Shown here piece after piece: positions 28,172 through 37,720 of a stretch of DNA of 64,000 nt. The position numbers and the translations under genes are program-made. Every line of letters begins with the position of its first letter. Position 1 is the stretch's first letter. Under the pieces are notes generated by a model. The model was given only the letters and a program-made list of their open reading frames with translations, was not told the origin of the DNA and did no database searches. The DNA comes from an uncultured Candidatus Saccharibacteria bacterium (GTDB lineage: Bacteria; Patescibacteriota; Saccharimonadia; Saccharimonadales; JALRHH01), in assembly GCA_964474995.1 (NCBI GenBank), contig CAYYUY010000004.1, positions 23,857 through 87,856 on the forward strand, read 5' to 3'.

Positions 28172-28966
28172 ATGGCAAATAACTACTACCGGCAACGATC
28201 ACTTCCATACCAGCCTGGCCAAGCTGCTCCGTTCAAGGTCTCGCGCAGCAAGATCGAACTATTTACGCAGTGTCAGCGGTGTTTCTGGCTGGATGTTCGA
28301 CTCAAGATCACCCGCCCAAGCGGTCCGCCGTTCAATATCAATAAGACTATCGACGAACTCTTCAAAAAAGAATTTGATATTCACCGAGCAGCCGGTACGC
28401 AACACCCGTTGCAGGTGAAATTCAAAATAGCTGCAAAGCCATACCCACATGAAGATCTCGACACCTGGCGTGAAAACTTTGTCGGCATATTTACGGTTCA
28501 CGAACCAACAAACTTGCACGTATTTGGTGCCGTTGATGATGTGTGGGTCAATGATGCTGGTGAATTGATCGTTGTTGATTACAAAGCCACATCCAAGGAC
28601 AAACCAGTCAAAAGCCTCGGCCCTGTCGGTGGCTGGCAAGATAGCTATCGCCGCCAGATGGAAGTTTATCAATGGCTACTCCGCGCCAATGGGCACTCAG
28701 TTAGTAACACTGGATACTTTGTCTACGCTACTGGTGATCCGAGTAAAGATGGCTTTAATGACCGCGTTGATTTTGAGACAAATGTCTTTGCCCACGAAGG
28801 CAGCGATGCTTGGGTCGCCAAGACTCTCGTACAGATGAAAACCTGCATGGATAGCGACACAATGCCACCAATCGGCACAGCTGCTATGGGCGGTCCGTGT
28901 GAGTATTGTAGCTACGCTCGTTCACGTACCGAGCTGACGCTCAAAGCCCTCCAAGCTCGTAAATAG
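28172..28966 (+). CDS. PD-(D/E)XK (RecB/Cas4-like) nuclease with Cys cluster
   Basis: GAVDDV..ELIVVDYKATSK (D..DxK) and a YRRQMEVYQWLL (QxxxY-like) motif. Cysteines: CQRC at the N-terminus; C..(17)..CEYC at the C-terminus. Confidence 0.65.
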   Translation: MANNYYRQRSLPYQPGQAAPFKVSRSKIELFTQCQRCFWLDVRLKITRPSGPPFNINKTIDELFKKEFDIHRAAGTQHPLQVKFKIAAKPYPHEDLDTWRENFVGIFTVHEPTNLHVFGAVDDVWVNDAGELIVVDYKATSKDKPVKSLGPVGGWQDSYRRQMEVYQWLLRANGHSVSNTGYFVYATGDPSKDGFNDRVDFETNVFAHEGSDAWVAKTLVQMKTCMDSDTMPPIGTAAMGGPCEYCSYARSRTELTLKALQARK

Positions 28967-29009
28967 TACAGAGTTCAAGAAACACTTCTGAAAAATCCAC
29001 CAATTCGCC

Positions 29010-29015
29010 TATAAT
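29010..29015 (+). promoter_or_regulatory. -10 box TATAAT exactly 7 nt upstream of the serS ATG (leaderless-type arrangement)
   Basis: Read directly. No SD is possible. Confidence 0.45.
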
Positions 29016-29022
29016 ACTCAGC

Positions 29023-30267
29023 ATGATAGATATTCAGTTTATTCGGGACAATCCAGAACTTGTTGCTGAAAAGAGCAAACAAAAAGGCTATGACGTTGAT
29101 ATTACGCAACTACTTGGCTTTGATGGCGAACGCCGTGAGTTACAAGGGCAGGTAGAAGAACTCCGTCGCCAACGTAATGAGATTGCTGCCAGTATGAAAG
29201 GTCAGCGTCCTTCGGACGAACAAGTTACCAAGGGCCGCGAGGTCAAAGACCAGCTTGTTGACCTCGAGCATAAACTAAATGCAATTGACCAGGAGTTCTT
29301 TGTACTACTGAACCGCGTTCCAAACCTCACGGCTGATGACGTGCCGGTTGGTGGCGAAGAAGACAGCGTTGAGATCAAGCAGTGGGGCGGCCAGCCAACA
29401 GGCGCCAAGGATCACTTGGATTTTGCATTGGCACGTGATTGGATAGACTTCGAACGTGGCACCAAAGTGGCTGGTACGAAGTTCTACTTCCTCAAGGGCG
29501 ATTTAGCGCTACTCGAAAACGCTATCACGCAGTACGCACTCGATTTTGTACTCAAAAAAGGTTTCACCTTTATGACCGTACCCCACATGGTTAATGGTCG
29601 TACTGCCACCGGTACAGGCTTTGCGCCACGCACCAGTGACCAAGGTGATGAGTACTTTATTGATGGAGAGGACCTGTCGTTAATTGCAACGGCAGAAATG
29701 CCACTGACTGGTTATCATGCCGATGAAATTATTGATGAAGCCAAATTACCATTGCTCTACGCTGGCCTCAGCCCTTGCTACCGTAAAGAAGCGGGCACCT
29801 ATGGCAAGCACGCTCGTGGCTTGTTCCGTGTACACCAGTTCAATAAGCTCGAAATGTACGCCTTTGTCACGCCAGAGCAGAGCGCTGAGATGCACGAACG
29901 CATCCTGGCAATCGAGGAAGAGCTTTGGCAGTCACTCAATATCCCATACCACGTTATCAATATCGCATCTGGCGATCTCGGTGCGCCAGCTGCCAAGAAA
30001 TACGATGTCGAATACTGGTCTAGTGTCGACGGCAAGTATCGTGAGTTGACGAGTTGCTCAAACTGTACAGACTTTCAGGCTCGCAACCTCAATATTCGTG
30101 TGCGCCGCCAGGATGGTACTGTCGAAACGCTTCACACATTGAACGGTACAGCAGTCTCGTTGGCCCGTTCATTAATAGCGATTATCGAACATCACCAGAC
30201 AGAAGATGGGCGTATACTAGTACCAGAGGCTCTTAGGCCTTATCTGGGTAACAGGGAAACCATTTAG
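29023..30267 (+). CDS. serS: Seryl-tRNA synthetase
   Basis: MIDIQFIRDNPE N-terminus, coiled-coil arm and class II motifs (FRVHQFNKLE, GTAVSLARSLIAIIEH). Confidence 0.95.
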   Translation: MIDIQFIRDNPELVAEKSKQKGYDVDITQLLGFDGERRELQGQVEELRRQRNEIAASMKGQRPSDEQVTKGREVKDQLVDLEHKLNAIDQEFFVLLNRVPNLTADDVPVGGEEDSVEIKQWGGQPTGAKDHLDFALARDWIDFERGTKVAGTKFYFLKGDLALLENAITQYALDFVLKKGFTFMTVPHMVNGRTATGTGFAPRTSDQGDEYFIDGEDLSLIATAEMPLTGYHADEIIDEAKLPLLYAGLSPCYRKEAGTYGKHARGLFRVHQFNKLEMYAFVTPEQSAEMHERILAIEEELWQSLNIPYHVINIASGDLGAPAAKKYDVEYWSSVDGKYRELTSCSNCTDFQARNLNIRVRRQDGTVETLHTLNGTAVSLARSLIAIIEHHQTEDGRILVPEALRPYLGNRETI

Positions 30268-30318
30268 CCCACGCACCTTGCAGTGTTACTTTTCAAAAAG
30301 TAAAAGGAAGGACGAGCT

Positions 30319-30690
30319 ATGATCCAAAAACTTGAAATTAACGGTGTTCACACCGTGCTGACCGAGGATCTCAAAAAATACATTACCGCCAAAATTGGCA
30401 AACTCGACCGTTATATGTCCAAGCACGCTCGCGAGAGCATTCATGCAGAAGTATTCGTTAAGGAAGGCAAAATTAAAGCCAAAAATGTCTATCACTGTGA
30501 AGTGGTATTACACTTGCCAGCCGAAAATATTCGGGTTGCTGAGGAAACTATCAATATGTTTGCAGCAGTCGATATTGTTGAGGCAAAACTGCGTAATCAA
30601 CTCCGAAAATACAAAGAGATGCACGGCAGTCTCAAGCTTCATCGTCGTATGATCGCACGTTTTCGTCGTGACCCAATGACTGCGCTATAG
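30319..30690 (+). CDS. hpf: Ribosome hibernation promoting factor / RaiA family (short)
   Basis: LTEDLKKYITAKIGKLDRY..H.EV..H is the typical sigma-54-modulation/S30EA fold. It lies upstream of secA, as in Firmicutes. Confidence 0.8.
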   Translation: MIQKLEINGVHTVLTEDLKKYITAKIGKLDRYMSKHARESIHAEVFVKEGKIKAKNVYHCEVVLHLPAENIRVAEETINMFAAVDIVEAKLRNQLRKYKEMHGSLKLHRRMIARFRRDPMTAL

Positions 30691-30818
30691 TCGTCCAACA
30701 GCTGCGAACAGTAAAGCGTTGGTAAAATTACTTTATTCATTCACCCCAGATAGAGTACAATAGATCACATTACTGTAGCTATACTATTTTACCGCTAGGC
30801 AGAGAGAGGGAGTGACGA

Positions 30819-33410
30819 GTGAACAAAGCAATGAAACGGGTTCTGGGTGACCCGCAAATTAAAACGGTCAAGAGATTGCGAAAGCGTGTTCGAGACGTTA
30901 ACGCACTCGAGGCAACGTACAAGAAGATGTCTGACAAGAAACTGCAAGAACAGACTGCAGTTTTGCGTAAGCGTCTCCAAAAAGAGTCACTCGACAAAAT
31001 CCTTCCTGACGCATTTGCGGTTGTTCGTGAAGCTGCCAATCGTGTACTCGGTCAGCGTCACTTCGATGTGCAGCTGATTGGTGGCATGGTCCTCCATGAA
31101 GGCAACGTTGCTGAAATGAAGACTGGTGAAGGTAAAACCTTGACCTCAACCGCGCCAATTTACCTCAATGGTCTGACCGGTAAGGGTGTTCACGTCGTCA
31201 CCGTGAACGAATACCTGTCACAACGTGATGCAGGTTGGATGGGTCAGGTATATGATTTCCTCGGTCTTAGTACCGGTGTGATTATTGCTGACCAATCATT
31301 TATTTTTGATGCTTCATTCCAGAACAAAGATCATGATGATCCACGCATGCGCCACCTCCGTCCTGCAACACGCCAGGAAGCCTACAAAGCCGACATTACC
31401 TACGGCACAAACAACGAATTTGGCTTTGACTACCTCCGCGACAATATGGTCCGCGAGACCGAACAGCTTCGCCAGCGCGAACTGAACTTTGCCATCGTTG
31501 ACGAAGTTGACTCAATTTTGATCGACGAAGCTCGTACGCCACTGATTATTTCGGCCCCTTCAGTTACCAGTGGTAACGCCTACGCACAGTTCAGTAAAGT
31601 CGTTCGTCAGCTCAAAGAAGAGCATTACGAAAAAGACGAGAAGCGCAAAGCTGTCTTCCTAACGGATGAAGGTATCGCCAAGATTGAGAAGATCCTTGGT
31701 ATCGAGAACCTTTACGCAGCTGATAATATCCGTACAATTTATCACCTCGAACAAGCACTCCGCGCACAAACTTTGTTCAAGCGTGACAAAGATTATGTTG
31801 TTACGAACGAGGGTGAAGTCGTGATTGTTGATGAACACACCGGTCGTTTGCTTGCTGGTCGTCGCTATAACGAAGGTTTACACCAGGCCATTGAGGCCAA
31901 AGAAAGCGTCGAAGTTCAAGAAGAATCTATGACACTGGCAACCATCTCATTCCAGAACTACTTCCGCCTCTACGACAAGCTATCAGGTATGACTGGTACG
32001 GGTGAAACTGAAGCTGAAGAATTTCACCAGATTTATAAGCTCGATGTTGTACAGGTTCCGTCAAACCGCAAATTGGTTCGTGATGACAAGCAAGATCGTA
32101 TTTTCCGCACCGAGGACGGCAAGTTCAAGGCCATTATTCGTGAAGTGCAGATGCTTCACCAAAAAGGTCAACCAGTATTAATTGGTAGTGCATCAATTGA
32201 GAAGAACGAACGCTTGGCACGTTTCCTGACTAAGTCTGGTGTGCCACACCAACTTCTGAATGCCAAAAACAACGAACGTGAAGCAACTATTATTGCCAAG
32301 GCTGGTGAAAAGGGTGCCGTAACACTTGCTACTAACATTGCCGGTCGTGGTACAGACATTGTACTTGGTGCGGGTGTCAAAGAACTTGGCGGACTCTATG
32401 TACTCGGTTCTGAGCGTCACGAATCACGTCGTATCGATAACCAGCTCCGTGGTCGTGCTGGCCGTCAGGGTGACCCTGGTGCCACACAGTTCTACGTCAG
32501 TACCGAAGATGATCTGATGCGTGTCTTTGGTGGCGATCGTATTGGTTCTGTTATGGACCGTCTTGGCGTGGATGACGAAACACCGATCGAGAACCGTATC
32601 ATCAGTAAGAGTCTCGAGGGTGCACAGAAAAAAGTTGAAGGCTATAACTTTGACGCTCGCAAAAATGTCGTCCAGTATGACGACGTCATGAACCGCCACC
32701 GTAAGGCGATCTACACGATGCGCCGTGAGATATTGTTACAAGCAGATATCAAAAAGCGCATTAATGCATTTATTGAAGAAGAATCAATCACACTCGCCAA
32801 CTCACCGTTGCTACTGACCGATGGCCTCGAAGCTGCATTGACTGAAGTCTTCCCATTTGATGAAGCAGTCCTCGACCGTTTGTTCAATACCGAAGCCGGC
32901 AAATTCGGCAAGGTACTGTTGTCTGAAGCACATGAGCTCTATGAATCACGCGAAGCAGCCTTTGGTGAGGAAATCATGCGCAAAGTTGAACGCGACATCT
33001 ACCTACAGATTCTCGACAACCTTTGGATGCAGCACCTCGAAAACATGGAACACCTCCGTGAGGGTATTCACTGGATGAGTGTTGGTCAGCGTGACCCACT
33101 TGTTGAGTATCGTCGTCAGTCACAGCACGTCTTTGAGCTGATGCTCGATGAACTACGTCGAGAAGTTGTTCGTTCACTCTTCCACGCCACACCAGTTGAT
33201 CTTGATCAGCCAATCGAAACAGAACTGACCAAAGCAGCTCGAAACTCAGTCGATAACGCCGATCGTATCATCGAGGGTGACGAATTCCACGAAGTTGATT
33301 TTGTACCACAAGCTGCAGCCAATGCCACTAAAGCCAAGGCTGTAACTGTTCGCAAGAAGGCACGCAAAACAGAACGCAAACGTCGCGCTGCTGGCAAACG
33401 CCGTAAATAA
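30819..33410 (+). CDS. secA: Preprotein translocase ATPase SecA
   Basis: MKTGEGKTLT (Walker A) and FAIVDEVDSILIDEARTPLIIS (DEAD-like). TNIAGRGTDI and LRGRAGRQGDPG. Basic C-terminal tail without a Zn-finger. GTG start. Confidence 0.95.
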   Translation: MNKAMKRVLGDPQIKTVKRLRKRVRDVNALEATYKKMSDKKLQEQTAVLRKRLQKESLDKILPDAFAVVREAANRVLGQRHFDVQLIGGMVLHEGNVAEMKTGEGKTLTSTAPIYLNGLTGKGVHVVTVNEYLSQRDAGWMGQVYDFLGLSTGVIIADQSFIFDASFQNKDHDDPRMRHLRPATRQEAYKADITYGTNNEFGFDYLRDNMVRETEQLRQRELNFAIVDEVDSILIDEARTPLIISAPSVTSGNAYAQFSKVVRQLKEEHYEKDEKRKAVFLTDEGIAKIEKILGIENLYAADNIRTIYHLEQALRAQTLFKRDKDYVVTNEGEVVIVDEHTGRLLAGRRYNEGLHQAIEAKESVEVQEESMTLATISFQNYFRLYDKLSGMTGTGETEAEEFHQIYKLDVVQVPSNRKLVRDDKQDRIFRTEDGKFKAIIREVQMLHQKGQPVLIGSASIEKNERLARFLTKSGVPHQLLNAKNNEREATIIAKAGEKGAVTLATNIAGRGTDIVLGAGVKELGGLYVLGSERHESRRIDNQLRGRAGRQGDPGATQFYVSTEDDLMRVFGGDRIGSVMDRLGVDDETPIENRIISKSLEGAQKKVEGYNFDARKNVVQYDDVMNRHRKAIYTMRREILLQADIKKRINAFIEEESITLANSPLLLTDGLEAALTEVFPFDEAVLDRLFNTEAGKFGKVLLSEAHELYESREAAFGEEIMRKVERDIYLQILDNLWMQHLENMEHLREGIHWMSVGQRDPLVEYRRQSQHVFELMLDELRREVVRSLFHATPVDLDQPIETELTKAARNSVDNADRIIEGDEFHEVDFVPQAAANATKAKAVTVRKKARKTERKRRAAGKRRK

Positions 33411-33431
33411 TCTAAGAAGGGCCAAAAGCGT

Positions 33432-34754
33432 ATGAAACATGTTGTGTCGGAAATTGTTTTGAAAAATGGGTCAAAAGGCCTCTTCATTCATGTCCCTGAC
33501 GCAAGTGTTATGACGTTTGAACTCAACTTTCGTGCTGGCGAGTATCTTGTTGAGCGTGACAAGTGGGAAGCACCACATCTCATGGAGCATGTGCTGCTGG
33601 GTGCTAACGAGCTCATTCCAAAAGCTCGTTTATTCCAGGCAGAATTCGAAAAAAATGGTGCCTACAGCAACGCTAGTACTGGCAGCTACGACATTACCTA
33701 TGAAGCAGAGTGTGCTGATTTTGAGTGGGACCGCGTAGCTGACCTGCTGCTCACTGCTATTACACGTCCACTATTTCTCGAAGAAGAATTCATTGCCGAA
33801 TTTGGCAACGTGCGTGAAGAATTAACCGCACGCAGCAACAATCACTTTCGACACTTAAGCCTAGCACTTCGCGAAGCATATGGTTTCAAAATTGTAACTG
33901 ACCAAGAGCGCCTGAAGCTCATGGATAATGTCCAGCTCAAGGATATATTTGCGCATTATCATCGCACGCACACTACCAAGAATTTACGCTTCGTCATTGC
34001 GGGTAATTTACCAAAAGATCGTCAGCAATTGCTTATAAGCTTACTCGAAAATGTTGAACTCCAGAAGGGTAGCGGCCGTCTCGAATTACCACACGAACAG
34101 CCCAAATCACTGACAGAGCCACTCTATATTCATAACGACAGCGTCGACAATTTGTACTTTTACCTCGATACATTTATGCAGCGCAAAATGACTGATCCGG
34201 AATCTGACGCGCTGGGACTCATCAACACAATGCTTACCGAGACGCTGTACTCACGTATCCTAGGAACTGCCCGTGAACACGGATTAGTTTACAGCATGAG
34301 CTCTGGCTATGGTCAGACGATTCAGTCGAGCAATTGGTGGTTTGGTGCACAAGTTATGCCAAAAAACGCCAACAAATTGTTCGATATTGTGGTGCGCGAA
34401 CTTGAGGCCGTTTTTGAAGCTGATATATTGACCGCTGATATCGTCTCAGCTAAGCAGTACGCACTTGGTCGTTACCAGCGAAGTGGCCAAACAGTTGGTG
34501 GCGTGGCTGCGGGCTACAGTGGCCGTTACTTCTTTGATGAAGGGATTGAGGACTACTATAAAGTCCCTGAGCGCCTCGAAGCCGTAACGCTTGACTCTAT
34601 TGTGGCGATTACGCGAAACCTCTTTAGCGAGCAGACCTGGGGCATTGGCTGTCTTGGTAGCTCTGGCGACGCGTTCGTACATGATCTTCGCCAAAAAGTT
34701 GCGCCACTGTGGGAATCTGCCGACGTTACGACGCCGCAGCCAATCATTACGTAG
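33432..34754 (+). CDS. M16 (pitrilysin/insulinase) family zinc peptidase
   Basis: Inverted zinc motif HLMEH (HxxEH) near the N-terminus. 440 aa, a two-domain length. Confidence 0.75.
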   Translation: MKHVVSEIVLKNGSKGLFIHVPDASVMTFELNFRAGEYLVERDKWEAPHLMEHVLLGANELIPKARLFQAEFEKNGAYSNASTGSYDITYEAECADFEWDRVADLLLTAITRPLFLEEEFIAEFGNVREELTARSNNHFRHLSLALREAYGFKIVTDQERLKLMDNVQLKDIFAHYHRTHTTKNLRFVIAGNLPKDRQQLLISLLENVELQKGSGRLELPHEQPKSLTEPLYIHNDSVDNLYFYLDTFMQRKMTDPESDALGLINTMLTETLYSRILGTAREHGLVYSMSSGYGQTIQSSNWWFGAQVMPKNANKLFDIVVRELEAVFEADILTADIVSAKQYALGRYQRSGQTVGGVAAGYSGRYFFDEGIEDYYKVPERLEAVTLDSIVAITRNLFSEQTWGIGCLGSSGDAFVHDLRQKVAPLWESADVTTPQPIIT

Positions 34755-34768
34755 GCCCTTGAGTAGTC

Positions 34769-34774
34769 TATACT
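34769..34774 (+). promoter_or_regulatory. -10-like TATACT 7 nt upstream of the prfB ATG
   Basis: TATACTTATACTC precedes ATG 34782. No SD. Confidence 0.4.
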
Positions 34775-34781
34775 TATACTC

Positions 34782-35876
34782 ATGGAAGATTTGACCTCAC
34801 GATTAGCTGCATTATCAGCAGGTATCCAAACGGCAATTGGTCGTCTCAACATCGTTGCGCTCGGTCAAGAACTAACAGCCCTGCAGGCGCAAGCGGCTAC
34901 ACCAACTTTTTGGGATAATCCATCTGCCGCTCAGGAAACAATGAAGCAAATCAGTCGCCTGGAACGTCGCGTGCAACCATGGCAACAATTACAAACAACG
35001 GTTGGCGATTTGCAGGAGCTGGCTATGCTCAATGACGCCTCGTTGCAGGCGGACATCACGGCGCAGTTTACTGCGGCCGAACAAACTTATGATGCACTCA
35101 AAGAGCACCTGAAATTTGGTGGAACCTATGACGATTTTGACGCTATTCTCAGTATCCACGCCGGGGCAGGTGGTACAGACGCCCAGGACTGGGCCGCTAT
35201 GTTACTCCGTATGTATGTTCGTTGGGCCGAGTCCGAAGGTTTTGATGTCCAGATGATCGAAGAATCTAGTGGTGACGAAGCTGGCATCAAGAGCGTGACA
35301 TTCGAAATAGCCGGAGATTTTGCCTACGGTCGGCTCAAGGGTGAGCATGGTGTGCACCGTCTAGTACGTTTGAGTCCGTTCAACGCCGATAGTCTCCGCC
35401 AAACAAGCTTTGCCAAAGTTGAATTGATGCCAAAAATCGACCAGCCAGAACGCCTCGAGATTGACGAAAAAGATCTGAAAATTGATGTCTACCGCAGTGG
35501 AGGCAAAGGCGGCCAATCAGTTAACACGACTGACTCGGCGGTACGTATTACACACCTTCCGACAAATCTTGTGGTGGCTATTCAGAACGAGCGTTCGCAG
35601 CTACAGAACAAAGAAACTGCCATGACAATTCTACGTGGTCGACTCGCACAATTGCAGATCGAACAGCACGCCGAAAGCCTCCGTGAGCTCAAAGGGCCGA
35701 ACGAGCAAGCTGCGTGGGGTAATCAGATCCGCAGTTACGTGCTGCACCCATACAAGCAGGTAAAAGACCTCCGAACTCGTCACGAAAGCTCAGACCCAGA
35801 TGCCGTTCTCGATGGTAAGCTCAATGAATTCATCGATGCTTACCTGGAATACACCTTAGGCGCTGACGCGACATAA
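34782..35876 (+). CDS. prfB: Peptide chain release factor 2 (single uninterrupted ORF, no +1 frameshift site)
   Basis: SPF tripeptide (RLSPFNA) and GGQ ([20 protein letters not shown]). The N-terminal domain is encoded in the same frame. Confidence 0.95.
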   Translation: MEDLTSRLAALSAGIQTAIGRLNIVALGQELTALQAQAATPTFWDNPSAAQETMKQISRLERRVQPWQQLQTTVGDLQELAMLNDASLQADITAQFTAAEQTYDALKEHLKFGGTYDDFDAILSIHAGAGGTDAQDWAAMLLRMYVRWAESEGFDVQMIEESSGDEAGIKSVTFEIAGDFAYGRLKGEHGVHRLVRLSPFNADSLRQTSFAKVELMPKIDQPERLEIDEKDLKIDVYRSGGKGGQSVNTTDSAVRITHLPTNLVVAIQNERSQLQNKETAMTILRGRLAQLQIEQHAESLRELKGPNEQAAWGNQIRSYVLHPYKQVKDLRTRHESSDPDAVLDGKLNEFIDAYLEYTLGADAT

Positions 35877-35882
35877 GCAATT

Positions 35883-35891
35883 TGCTATACT
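35883..35891 (+). promoter_or_regulatory. Extended -10 (TGcTATACT) 7 nt upstream of the ftsE ATG
   Basis: Read directly. Confidence 0.45.
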
Positions 35892-35898
35892 GTAGCTA

Positions 35899-36597
35899 AT
35901 GATCTTATTAGATAGGGTAACAAAAGTTTACGGGCGTAGTAACTCGGCGCTCGATCGCATCTCTTTGCACGTTGAGGCAAGAGAATTCGTAATTATTATT
36001 GGTAAGTCTGGCGCAGGCAAATCTACACTGCTCAAACTTCTGACCAAAGAAGAAAAACCAACCTCAGGCAAAATCATCGTCGGTGGCCTGGACTATGACA
36101 AACTCAAAGACAAAGACATTCCACTTGTTCGTCGCAAGATCGGTGTTGTGTTCCAGGACTTCAAACTCCTCAACAATAAGAATGTCTTCGAAAACGTCGC
36201 CTTTGCACTTGAAATCGTTGGTTATGGTAACCGTGAGATTCAGCACGCCGTACCAAAGGTACTCGAAATCGTCGGACTTTCTGGCAAAGAAAAGCGCATG
36301 ATGAACGAATTATCCGGTGGTGAACGTCAGCGTGTGGCAATCGCTCGCGCCATTGTTCGGCAGCCAAAGATTCTCATTGCCGACGAGCCGACTGGTAACC
36401 TTGACCCCAAGCACGCCTGGGACGTTATCAAGGTCCTTGAGAAGATTAATCGTTATGGTACCACTGTCATCTTGACGACTCACAACACCGAGATCGTTAA
36501 CAAACTCAAGCGCCGCGTGATTGTGATTCGTGACGGTAAAATCGCGAGTGACCGCGCCAATGCCGATTACAACAACGACGGGGTAATCAAATCATGA
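35899..36597 (+). CDS. ftsE: Cell-division ABC ATPase FtsE
   Basis: GKSGAGKST (Walker A), LSGGERQRVAIARA (signature) and ILIADEPTGNLD (Walker B). Confidence 0.9.
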   Translation: MILLDRVTKVYGRSNSALDRISLHVEAREFVIIIGKSGAGKSTLLKLLTKEEKPTSGKIIVGGLDYDKLKDKDIPLVRRKIGVVFQDFKLLNNKNVFENVAFALEIVGYGNREIQHAVPKVLEIVGLSGKEKRMMNELSGGERQRVAIARAIVRQPKILIADEPTGNLDPKHAWDVIKVLEKINRYGTTVILTTHNTEIVNKLKRRVIVIRDGKIASDRANADYNNDGVIKS

Positions 36598-37541
36598 ACA
36601 ACCACTGGCTGATCACCCAGATACGAATTCTTAAATCTGGTGCCCGAAACTTTGCCCGAAACGCCACACTCGCCATCGCCGCCATCGCAGTGATGGTTAT
36701 TACGCTGTCGATTATTTTATTTTCAGTGGTTACCAACGCTACGTTTGCCAATACCATTCAGCAGATTACCGACAAAATTGATATCTCCGTGTATCTTAAG
36801 GATGGCGTTACGCCTGCACAGCGTGACAAATTGATGAGTGACCTCCGTGCGTTGCCAAACACCAAAGACGTTGCTTATATCAACAAAGATCAGGCACTTG
36901 ATGTCTATAAGGAGCAGAACAAGAACAACCCAGATCTGCTACTGGCTATTTCGCAGACCGATAACCCACTACCGGCTACCATCAATATTAAGCCACGGGA
37001 TCCAAACAAGATTGATGACATCAAGACGTATCTCGAAAAGTCTGATATCAAGGCTCTCCAGTCCGATCAGACTTCATATTCTGGTGACCGCAAAGAAGCC
37101 ATCGACAAGATTTCTGGTGCCACCTCATTCTTCCAAAAGGCTGGTATCGCCGGAGTGGCTGTCTTTGCACTCGTTTCAATGCTGATCATCTTCAATACTA
37201 TTCGTATGGCCATCTTTAACCGTCGTGAAGAACTCACCATTATGCGATTACTGGGTGCCAGTAACTGGTATATTCGCGGCCCATTCGTGGTCGAGACGGT
37301 GATCTACGGTATTATATCGGCGATTATCTCGGTATTCCTCCTGAATTCACTATTCGCTATCTCTGCAGCTGCATTTAATGCCAACAGCCTAGGACTATTG
37401 GATATCAAATTTGCTGATGATTATTTCAAGGGCCACTTCCTGATCATCTTGCTGTCCCAACTCGCTATTGGTATACTTATCGGAGCTGCATCTTCCATCA
37501 TTGCCACGCAGCGATATCTGAAATTTAGAACTTCCAAGTAA
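36594..37541 (+). CDS. ftsX: Cell-division permease-like protein FtsX
   Basis: ATGA overlap with ftsE. Layout is TM1, a large extracytoplasmic domain, then 3 TM. FRMAIFNRREELTIMRLLGASNWYIRGPF. Confidence 0.9.
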   Translation: MNNHWLITQIRILKSGARNFARNATLAIAAIAVMVITLSIILFSVVTNATFANTIQQITDKIDISVYLKDGVTPAQRDKLMSDLRALPNTKDVAYINKDQALDVYKEQNKNNPDLLLAISQTDNPLPATINIKPRDPNKIDDIKTYLEKSDIKALQSDQTSYSGDRKEAIDKISGATSFFQKAGIAGVAVFALVSMLIIFNTIRMAIFNRREELTIMRLLGASNWYIRGPFVVETVIYGIISAIISVFLLNSLFAISAAAFNANSLGLLDIKFADDYFKGHFLIILLSQLAIGILIGAASSIIATQRYLKFRTSK

Positions 37542-37681
37542 CAACTCCGTTTGGCCGCACAGATCAACTATAAATAAGAGAGGGCACCGTCTTTACTATG
37601 TAGATATAGCATTATTTTATTGCGTCACATTTAACGTAGGATGTGTTCTCATGCGCACGCTTTACAACATTATCTACATAC

Positions 37682-37710
37682 TTGCAATGAGCAAGGGTCA
37701 GTGCTATGAT
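37682..37710 (+). promoter_or_regulatory. Promoter TTGCAA-17 nt-(TGc)TATGAT overlapping the first ATG of the ORF-track ORF
   Basis: Hexamers at 37682-37687 and 37705-37710, with TG at 37702-37703. The next in-frame ATG is 37721, 10 nt after the -10 box. Confidence 0.45.
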
Positions 37711-37720
37711 TAACAAGGTT

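Noticed and set aside
34782-34900. Expected programmed +1 frameshift site in prfB
   Set aside because: I looked for an early in-frame TGA or a CTT TGA C context and found none. The RF2 N-terminal domain is encoded continuously, so the gene is not frameshift-regulated. This is noted under the stop-codon finding.
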